The notes under the pieces were generated by a model. The model ran no database searches. It saw only the letters and a program-made list of their open reading frames with translations, and was not told the origin of the DNA. Positions 56,214-64,000 of a DNA stretch of 64,000 nucleotides are shown in pieces. The stretch is from Candidatus Poribacteria bacterium (GTDB lineage: Bacteria > Poribacteria > WGA-4E > WGA-3G). Both the position numbers and the translations under genes were made by a program. The DNA is taken from positions 1,056,001-1,120,000 of the forward strand of contig CAXXUA010000005.1 in assembly GCA_963663765.2 (NCBI GenBank), written 5' to 3'. Numbering within the stretch: position 1 is the first letter of the stretch; each line of letters opens with the position of its first letter.

Positions 56214-56705
56214 TAGTTTGGACAATTTAGTCTTGTAGAAGTTGATTATTCAACAGAACGTCTATTTTTCTACGAGTTTCGTATATTTGTGAAACTGGAG
56301 AAAATGCTGCGCTCCAGCGGAGTGCTATGTTTATAGAAAACGGACTATCCATATTCTTGCGCTCCAGCGGAGTGCTATGTGCGGCTGCAACATACCGCTC
56401 CGCTGGAGCGCAAGAATGTAACTATGTGCATGCTATAAACATATCGCTCCGCTGGAGCGAAAGATTAAGCATTCTAACTATAAGGGAATTGAATTTCAAA
56501 ACAATATGATGTCTCCGCGCAGCACGTTCAGGATTCTTGCACATACCGTTCCGCTGGAGCAAAGAAAGTTTCCGTTTTAGTCGTTGTGTCTTGATTTGGT
56601 AACATAAGCGGTGAACCAATTTCTTATCAATACATGTTTGAAAAAAAATGTCCAAACTATAGTAAAATTACTAATCTGTCAAAAATAAAGCAAAGCTTGC
56701 AGATT

Positions 56706-57629
56706 TTAGTTTATTGATTGCCAATTTGTAGCACGTATAATCATCTCATGATATGTATCTGCATGATGCACATCAGGATGCAAGATGTTGAACTGTCTAA
56801 ACCGCCAGAATGCTATAGCAATTGCTGCATAGTAGACATAGCAATCTAAACTGTCCCATTCAATGTCTGTCAAGGGACGTAACGTGTTATATGCATCAAA
56901 AAAACTGTGTAAAGAATTTAACTTCAACTCATGTTTATCAGTATAACAACACCCGATGATCGTCATGCCAACATCAATTAGAAATGTATCATGACATCCT
57001 TCCTCAAAGTCAAGTATCGCTACCATTTGGTCCTCATCAAAAAGGGTATTGTCTAAGAACACATCTCCGTGCAGCAGTCCTGTTGGAAGTGGTTTCTCTA
57101 ATTCAGGTACAATCCAATCAAGTTCTGATTGTAACCATATTACAAACGGATGGGTAGCAAATTCTGTAGTATGTACCTCTTTCAAAAAAGGTGTGATTTG
57201 TGCCATCCCCATCGGGAAACTTGGAAGTACATCAAGTGGTGGAATACAATGCAACTTTGCTAACGCTTCACCAATCAGTGATAATACACGCGGTGATGGT
57301 TTGGGTGTACTACCTGCTAAAAATGGATAGATCATTACGTAGTATTTTGAAGTTATATGGAGCACATCACCATTCTTCTTGATAATTGGGTACACTGTAG
57401 GGTAGGCATGTTCACGTAGATGTTCCAAGAGTGTGTTTTGTATCTGAAGTTCTTCAACACTTTTCTCATCACATATTTTCAAAAGATATACACCATCTGT
57501 TGTTGTCAATTTGTAGTTGCTGTTTCCAAATCCACCCGAAATTCCCTCACATTTGATCGGTATCCCGATTGCATAGTGTGATACTATATCCGCAAGTTCT
57601 TCAGTAGATGGGGTTGTGTATTGTGCCAT
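56706..57629 (-). CDS. thrB: Homoserine kinase type II / APH-fold phosphotransferase
   Basis: GI.GG..NSNY, LHGDVFLDNTLF and ILDFEE motifs. Confidence 0.7.
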   Translation of the reverse strand: MAQYTTPSTEELADIVSHYAIGIPIKCEGISGGFGNSNYKLTTTDGVYLLKICDEKSVEELQIQNTLLEHLREHAYPTVYPIIKKNGDVLHITSKYYVMIYPFLAGSTPKPSPRVLSLIGEALAKLHCIPPLDVLPSFPMGMAQITPFLKEVHTTEFATHPFVIWLQSELDWIVPELEKPLPTGLLHGDVFLDNTLFDEDQMVAILDFEEGCHDTFLIDVGMTIIGCCYTDKHELKLNSLHSFFDAYNTLRPLTDIEWDSLDCYVYYAAIAIAFWRFRQFNILHPDVHHADTYHEMIIRATNWQSIN

Positions 57630-57712
57630 GTGCAGTAATGAAGAGTATTACTATTATATTGCAAGCATACTCATGTATTTACAAAAAAAGATAATAGATC
57701 TAAAGTGTTTTA

Positions 57713-59020
57713 CTAATATTGTAGTAGATCTTCCCAATAACGTAAATGTATCTCTTTTATGTCTGTATTACGATTAAAATCTAATTGTAAATTCTTAGAA
57801 TAACTTTCAAGAAAGTTCTTGGGATTGCTTATCAAACGCAAGTAGTATTTTAACGTAGGAAGGATTCCGTTTACAATTACCTCACAACCATGCTGTGTGT
57901 GTATATTAGAAACTAATTCATCTACAGCGTCATTATTCTCCACATTTGGTTCAGCAGTAGTGAGCAGATAATAACGGCGAACAGGCATCTGTACAAACTT
58001 TTCATAAGCAACTTGGACAATTCTTGGGGAAATATGGATGTTATGTTTGATTTCAACAGCTTCAAAAAATTCTCCATTTTCATTTAAGACTTCAATATCT
58101 CCAATCCCACCAGATTTGATGTCAGATGTAGTATGACTTTTCAATGGAGCAAGAGTTTTTTCATGAAAACGTTCAATCGACATAAGCATCTCATACGCTG
58201 AATAAACTGCCAATACAGGAAGACGTGAAGCACCAGCAACACCATAACCAATTGAAAAATGCCGTCTTAATAGGTTTATTATTTTATCTATTGATATAAA
58301 CTCTGCTTGTTGTGACTTATCCAAGTCTACATTTGCGTTTTCAAATAAATCAAGATTCATCTTTGATCTATCCATCAAGTCAATCATAGCAAAAAATATA
58401 GCATAAAGATATTTTTTCGGATCAGCTTGGTTTTCTTCAATATCATTGAGAATTTGAAGAAAAGCGTTCTTCACAGATACGTTGCGAATCTTTCCGGGAA
58501 AATTAAGTGTAAATGGATGTGCTTGCTCAAGTGAACGCGTCAACCAACCACTACCTCCCTTCATGGCAAATCTCTGAAAGTTTTCTGCGATAAATGGTGT
58601 CACGTATGAAGTATCAAATCCTCTCCCTGAATATCCATCAAGCAATTCCTTCTTATGGTACCGGACATCTTGTGTAGGGGATTCAATCTTTTTCACCATA
58701 GGCGTCAATTTAAGAAAAAAGTGTTTGCATTTTCTCTTGTGGGAGGGGTTTTCAACCCCGATATGACAGAAGATGAACATAAAATCGGGGTTGAAAACCC
58801 CTCCCACAATACGTCAAAATCCTTAAATTGACGCTTATGGGGATTCAATCTTTTTCACCAAAGACGTAATCAGAACTGCGAAAACAGCCTTCTGAGATTC
58901 CGCTTTTTCGATGATTTTTTCAACCCAATTTCTTTGACTATCAGATAGTAATAGCAGAAGATTTGGCTTTGATTCTGCTAATTGATATGCATCTTCCAAT
59001 ATTGCACGTGCCTTGTTCAC
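57713..59020 (-). pseudogene. Type II restriction endonuclease (PD-(D/E)xK), interrupted by a MITE
   Basis: Translationally coupled to the MTase (TAGTG overlap at 59022-59018). The N-part ends ...LVKKIESP* and the C-part resumes VKKIESPTQDV. GDIEV...EAVEIK catalytic motif. Confidence 0.75.
58698..58838. mobile_element. 141-bp MITE with REP-like inverted pair and a long target duplication
   Basis: TIR ATAGGCGTCAATTTAAG / CTTAAATTGACGCTTAT (16/17); flanking direct repeat GGGGATTCAATCTTTTTCACC (58677-58697, 58839-58859). Confidence 0.9.
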
Positions 59021-60090
59021 TATGTCCCCTCAAATAAATGTTGCAATGTAATCGGTGTGTTGTCAACACGTTGTCGAGCATCTTTACAGTACTCAGAATT
59101 AATTTCATAACCAATATAATGTCTACCAAGGTTCTTGCACGCAACAGCTGTTGATCCAGAACCCATAAACGGATCAAGTACTAAGGATCCCATAGGAGTC
59201 AATAGATGTAAAAATTCCTCCACTATTTCTGCTGGATAGATTGCGGGGTGTTTATTTCCTTTTAGTGTAGCAACAAGTGTCTCAATCACATCATGTGTTT
59301 CTATTAACTCATCCATCTTAATTACATCTCTTTTTAGTTTATTTCCATGTATCCGAATGATTGTAAATCCTTTATTTTTTAGTTGTGATGTACGGCCTCC
59401 CTCCTCCCCACCAAACGGCGCAGCATGGATGCCCCGAATTTTCATCCGAAAACTTTGTATTTTTCCACTCCTTACTTCTTGAATTACATCTGATAGTTCT
59501 AATCTTGCTACTAATTTCTCTTCTTTGCTTAAATCTGATTCTTCAATAAGTTTATAATATCGCTTCCCAATATTAGTTCCATTTTTTTTCTTAGGTGGCA
59601 TCGGTGAGTGGGTTTTTGCTAAGTATGCTTTGGGATTGTAAAAATATTTATCCGTTTTAACAAAATGAAAAAATGGTTCAGTACTGCTGACAAGACGCCG
59701 ACTGAACTGACGTGGCGTTGGATTTCTTTTAACCCATGTAATTTCATTAACAAGCTTAACTAACCTTGTCTCCGTTGCAGCAAGCGCGAAACGATATGGA
59801 ACTAATAGTAAATTGCTATCTATATATTTATCTCCTATATTGAATACTATATTACCATCATCTCTCACCACACGCACACATTCGCGAAAAAGTCTTAGTA
59901 ATGTGTCAATATAGTCATTGAAATGACTTTCATTCCCCATTCCTCCACCGTAATCGCGCTGTTGGAAATATGGAGGTGAGGTAATTACCAATTGAATACT
60001 ACTATCTGGTAAATGCTGGATAAGTTCCAGATTATCCCCACACAATATTTGGTCAATTGGTAAATTATCATCGGTATAGGACATACTCAT
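59020..60090 (-). CDS. Beta-class amino (probably N4-cytosine) DNA methyltransferase
   Basis: Motif IV TSPPY near the N-terminus, HPA.YP, and motif I LDPFMGSGSTA near the C-terminus. Confidence 0.9.
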   Translation of the reverse strand: MSMSYTDDNLPIDQILCGDNLELIQHLPDSSIQLVITSPPYFQQRDYGGGMGNESHFNDYIDTLLRLFRECVRVVRDDGNIVFNIGDKYIDSNLLLVPYRFALAATETRLVKLVNEITWVKRNPTPRQFSRRLVSSTEPFFHFVKTDKYFYNPKAYLAKTHSPMPPKKKNGTNIGKRYYKLIEESDLSKEEKLVARLELSDVIQEVRSGKIQSFRMKIRGIHAAPFGGEEGGRTSQLKNKGFTIIRIHGNKLKRDVIKMDELIETHDVIETLVATLKGNKHPAIYPAEIVEEFLHLLTPMGSLVLDPFMGSGSTAVACKNLGRHYIGYEINSEYCKDARQRVDNTPITLQHLFEGT

Positions 60091-60173
60091 ACTCCTTAAC
60101 TTCGGTTAACAACAGTATAAAATCGTAGTTTGTAATACGTGTAAGTTAGCATATGATGTAACGTGATACATTA

Positions 60174-60719
60174 CTACTTCGGTTCAGTGGGTTGAAACAA
60201 CGCTTGAAATTCAGGTTGGTCACGGACGATGTCAAAAACGGGTTCGGTAATTGCAGAGGAACGCACAGTGTCATCTATCCGAATTGCTTCTTGTAATGAT
60301 GCGATAGATCTCTCAATATCAACAATCCTTGAGATGCCCTTTACCGGGTCGGCAGCTCTATGTGAATACGCAACTGCAAGGTTATAATGTGCTTTACCGA
60401 AGTCTACATCCAGTTGTGTAGCACGTTCCCATGCTAATATTGCCTGATCCAGTTCACCCATATTCCCATAGACAGCACCGAGATTGAAATACGGAATTGC
60501 CCAACCCGGTTCATGTTGAATTGCCAATCGGAACTCAGTGGCAGCGCGAGCAAGTTCACCTTGTTTCGCATACGCCAAACCCCATTTGTAGTGAGATACT
60601 GATGCTTCATTCAGTTCTGTTGAGCCTCCATCTTTTGAATAGGGAATGCTCTTTAGACCGCAGCCGATGAGCAATGATATGATGCTGAATAATAAAATTA
60701 GTCTCATTTCTCTCTCCAC
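60174..60719 (-). CDS. TPR-repeat lipoprotein
   Basis: Lipobox LIGC; TPR helices (YFNLGAVY, HYNLAVAY). The start may be ATG 60707. Confidence 0.8.
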   Translation of the reverse strand: MEREMRLILLFSIISLLIGCGLKSIPYSKDGGSTELNEASVSHYKWGLAYAKQGELARAATEFRLAIQHEPGWAIPYFNLGAVYGNMGELDQAILAWERATQLDVDFGKAHYNLAVAYSHRAADPVKGISRIVDIERSIASLQEAIRIDDTVRSSAITEPVFDIVRDQPEFQALFQPTEPK

Positions 60720-61027
60720 ATTTCTTGTAACACACTACCTAAAATTAGGTCACCTCTCGCCTGCGACACAAAAATGAAGTATTAACGATTGTTATAAAAC
60801 CTGTCCGAAATCCCAAAAACGAATTAATCCCGCACACTCATGTTTATAGTTTATCAGATTTTATGTTAGTTATTGTCAGTGTTTTTATTGTACCAGATAA
60901 TAATAGTCTAAATCAAGCAGTTTCCAAATCGTATTGCATAGAATTGTCATTATTTTAGCAAGGCGATCTGTCGTGTAACTCTAATCCGTGAAATCCGTGT
61001 AATCAGCGAAATCCGTGATTCCGTACC

Positions 61028-61160
61028 ATAGGCGGCAATTTAAGAAAAAGTGTTGGTGTTTCTCTTGTGGGAGGGGTTTGTAACCCCGATTTGAGAGGAA
61101 AAGCGCGTAAAATCGGGGTTACAAACCCCTCCCACAATGATGTATTTTGAAAATTGAACG
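61028..61160. mobile_element. Degenerate copy of the 58698-58838 MITE family
   Basis: ATAGGCGGCAATTTAAG left end; TTGTGGGAGGGGTT...AACCCCTCCCACAA palindrome. Confidence 0.7.
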
Positions 61161-61185
61161 TTTCTGTCCTATCAACTTTTTTCTA

Positions 61186-61214
61186 TTGATGTCATTGCGT
61201 GTGTTGTGTATAAT
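61186..61214 (+). promoter_or_regulatory. Putative sigma70 promoter of sulfatase-mobA
   Basis: TTGATG - 17 nt - TATAAT. Confidence 0.45.
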
Positions 61215-61293
61215 GTCCAAAGTTGTTCAAGAATCACTTCATTCCTTTGCAAAACAAACCCTTCATACATTTACCAGCAGGAGCATTGAAAGC

Positions 61294-62670
61294 ATGAACA
61301 GAAAAACTGATAAACCCAATGTCCTTTTTATTATGTCTGATCAGCATAGATACGATTACATGGAACACGCAGCGGATGCACCAGATGCGCTTAAAACCCC
61401 AAATTTACGACATTTAGCAGATTCAGGGGTGAATTTCACGCACTGCACGGTAAATGCACCTGTTTGCGCACCATCACGAATCGGTTTAGCATCTGGTATA
61501 CAACCATCACGTTTAGGTTCCCTTGGAAATGGCAGTTTTTATCCTACATCCATCCCAACATATTATCAACAACTGCGTGACCATGGATACCGTGTCGGAT
61601 GTGTAGGGAAACTTGACCTCGCCAAACCAGATGGATATAACGGACGCTACGGTGACCGACCCCGCGCTTACAACTGGGGATTCACACACCCAGAAGAATG
61701 TGAAGGAAAAATGCACGCTGGCAGATCGGCAACGCCAATTGGACCTTACACACACTATCTTGAAGAAAAAGGATTACTGCAAAAATTCCATCAAGACTAT
61801 AGGAAACGCAATTCTTCTGGCGGTTGGATAAAAAACGGATCTTATGATTCTGTTCTACCAACAGAAGACTTTGAAGATTCTTATATCGGCAGGCGCTCAA
61901 CAGAATTTATTGAGAATATACCAGATGATTTTCCATGGCACCTTTTTGTCAGTTTTGTTGGACCGCACGATCCATTCGATCCGCCGACAGAATACGGTGA
62001 TAAATATAGGAATGCCGACATGCCCAATCCTATATCAAATGACATGGAAGGCAAACCAGACTGGGTTAAAAAACGCACCGTAAATCTCACACCTGAAGAG
62101 ATTGCAATTACGCGTCGACAGTATTGCGCTGCAACTGAACTCATTGATGACCAGATTGGAAATATGTTGCATGCACTTGAAACACGCGGTATGCTTGAAA
62201 ACACTTATATAATCTATTCAAGTGACCACGGAGAAATGCTTGGAGATCATGGACTCTACACAAAGAGTCTGGCTTATGAAGCATCACTTCGCGTGCCACT
62301 TATCGTGACCGGACCTGACATAGAACCCAACCGAAGTTCCAACGAATTAGTGGAATTGAATGACATAAACCCAACTATATGCGACTTAGTTGATGTACCT
62401 GTGTTGGAAAACATTGATGGAAAATCAATCGTACCTGTGCTTCATGATGAAACACAAACACACCGCACTGAAACGGTCAGTCATCTGCAGAACTTTACTT
62501 CCATTCGCACGCAAACACATAAACTCATTGAAAGCAGAGACGGTTTTGTGGAATTGTATAACCTTGAAGACGATCCAGAAGAGTTGAACAATATTGCAGA
62601 AAAAGAACATGCTCTCGTGGCAGAATTACGTTCGCAGATGGAAAGTCGGTACGGACCATCTCTTGTGTAA
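61294..62670 (+). CDS. Formylglycine-dependent (Cys-type) sulfatase
   Basis: KPNVLFIMSDQHR, CAPSR, GY..GK, PHDP and SDHG motifs. Start set to ATG 61294 (AGGAG RBS). Confidence 0.92.
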   Translation: MNRKTDKPNVLFIMSDQHRYDYMEHAADAPDALKTPNLRHLADSGVNFTHCTVNAPVCAPSRIGLASGIQPSRLGSLGNGSFYPTSIPTYYQQLRDHGYRVGCVGKLDLAKPDGYNGRYGDRPRAYNWGFTHPEECEGKMHAGRSATPIGPYTHYLEEKGLLQKFHQDYRKRNSSGGWIKNGSYDSVLPTEDFEDSYIGRRSTEFIENIPDDFPWHLFVSFVGPHDPFDPPTEYGDKYRNADMPNPISNDMEGKPDWVKKRTVNLTPEEIAITRRQYCAATELIDDQIGNMLHALETRGMLENTYIIYSSDHGEMLGDHGLYTKSLAYEASLRVPLIVTGPDIEPNRSSNELVELNDINPTICDLVDVPVLENIDGKSIVPVLHDETQTHRTETVSHLQNFTSIRTQTHKLIESRDGFVELYNLEDDPEELNNIAEKEHALVAELRSQMESRYGPSLV

Positions 62671-62708
62671 CAGGTTGCTATGAGTTGTAACTACTCTTAA
62701 CAATACCA

Positions 62709-63356
62709 ATGATAACAGGCATAATCTTAGCTGGTGGAAAAAGCATACGGATGGGTGAGAACAAGGCATTGATGCGTCTTGGAAACGATACGCTCATCGG
62801 TCATGTAATAGAACGTGTTCGTCCTATCACCAATGAACTGCTGCTAATCACCAACTCTCCGAATGAATACGCATCTATTGGAATTACAATGCACGGTGAT
62901 ATTGTTCAGAATGCGGGTGCATTAGGAGGTATCCACGCTGGATTAACCTATGCTACACATGATACCGTCCTATGTGTTAGCTGCGACAGTCCTTTTATTG
63001 CAACTAACCTGCTTTCCTATCTTGTTTCTGCATTAGGGAAATATGATGCTGTGATGCCATATACACACCGCAATTCCAACGAGTATTCAATGACGAATCA
63101 TAAAGACCAACGACAGATAATCCTCCAAACACTTTGTGCAGCTTATTCCCAAAATTGCTTAGAAACAATTGAAGAACTGTTTAACGACTCTGATTATCGT
63201 GTACATGCACTTGCGGAACGCGCCAATGTCCTGAAAATTGCCCCTGACATCTGGCAAACTTATGATGCGGAGGGTTTGTCATTCTTTAACATCAATTCAC
63301 CCGAAGACTATGAAAAAGCAAAGGAAATTTACAAAACCTTACATGAAACAATTTAG
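62709..63356 (+). CDS. mobA: Molybdenum cofactor guanylyltransferase
   Basis: ILAGGKS.RMGENKA, GALGGIH.GL, CD.PF and FFNINSPED motifs. Confidence 0.88.
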   Translation: MITGIILAGGKSIRMGENKALMRLGNDTLIGHVIERVRPITNELLLITNSPNEYASIGITMHGDIVQNAGALGGIHAGLTYATHDTVLCVSCDSPFIATNLLSYLVSALGKYDAVMPYTHRNSNEYSMTNHKDQRQIILQTLCAAYSQNCLETIEELFNDSDYRVHALAERANVLKIAPDIWQTYDAEGLSFFNINSPEDYEKAKEIYKTLHETI

Positions 63357-63382
63357 GGAACGGGCTGATCAATTCTAACATT

Positions 63383-64000
63383 CTAATTGTCTGAAATTAA
63401 TACCGACATACCATCCTTAATTAGATTTTGATTATCAACTATCACACGTGTTGTTTGTGCAAGAGGTGAACGAATCTCTACTTCGTTACCATAAACACCT
63501 GCAACATTTATCTCTTTGAGTCGCGCGACATTTTCCTCTATAACATAGACATGACCCTTGCCGTTCTGAATATACATCACTGCACGATGAGGTAGCAGCA
63601 ACACATCTTTCCGTTCACCCGTCTTGATTGATATTGTAATAGAAGTCCCAGGTTTCAATGCACTGTTAGTACCTGAAGTTGCAGGATCGCTGTCTATATA
63701 TGTCCTAATAGCATTTGCTATTGTTGCATGGACAAGCACACTGTTTTCTCCCTCTTTAACCGTAGGACTAATAAAGTCAATTGTAGCAAGAATATTCCCT
63801 ATACCTGACGCAGTTGAAACAAGCACCATATCACCAGTGTCTATTCGGCTAACGTCACTTACAGGGACATTCCAAACAGCCTTGAGTGTGTCAACCGCTA
63901 TGACAGTATACACCGGCACACCAGAGACAGCAGCAGATTTTGCATAGTCACCTAACTCCAAGTGACGATGCGCAACTACTCCATCAATTGGCGAAGTGAT
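63383..64000 (-). CDS. RND efflux membrane-fusion (periplasmic adaptor) protein, 3' part
   Basis: ITSPIDGVV hairpin motif at the window edge, I.FISP.V, LKPG and LLP..AV..V.V motifs; continues beyond the window. Confidence 0.75.
   Translation of the reverse strand: MTSPIDGVVAHRHLELGDYAKSAAVSGVPVYTVIAVDTLKAVWNVPVSDVSRIDTGDMVLVSTASGIGNILATIDFISPTVKEGENSVLVHATIANAIRTYIDSDPATSGTNSALKPGTSITISIKTGERKDVLLLPHRAVMYIQNGKGHVYVIEENVARLKEINVAGVYGNEVEIRSPLAQTTRVIVDNQNLIKDGMSVLISDN

Noticed and set aside
61147-61293. N-terminal extensions given by the ORF track (also 30057, 44587, 53481, 58807)
   Set aside because: They start inside repeats or promoters; downstream ATGs have an RBS and/or family-typical N-termini.

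Overview
This is a bacterial window. The gene content points to Candidatus Poribacteria (sponge symbionts), which is an inference from the 'NFPNPFNPETWIPY...TRKMLIRK' C-terminal sorting domain, WD40-dockerin proteins and a 'GHWHGDEWH' motif protein. About 45 kb encodes secreted repeat proteins. The first cluster (1.9-33.5 kb) holds a 6540-aa LRR/cadherin/metalloprotease/Ig giant, two duplicated outer-membrane beta-barrels, a lipoprotein and two WD40-Big_1-dockerin proteins. The second is a mosaic tandem array of four WD40-dockerin genes (46.6-55.6 kb), one frameshifted in an A-tract. Between them lie a MarR-ferritin-like fusion/ECF sigma operon with a consensus promoter and palindromic operator, an AT-rich three-gene cassette that looks like an uncharacterised ART/RES-toxin + antitoxin + chaperone-like defence module, a PL2-like pectate lyase and an ABC-F ATPase. 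The right end has a thrB-like kinase, a type II R-M system whose endonuclease is split by a MITE with a ~21-bp target duplication, a TPR lipoprotein, a sulfatase, mobA and a partial RND membrane-fusion gene. Intergenic DNA is packed with nested non-autonomous MITEs and REP-like hairpins. I found no transposase, CRISPR array, rRNA or tRNA.
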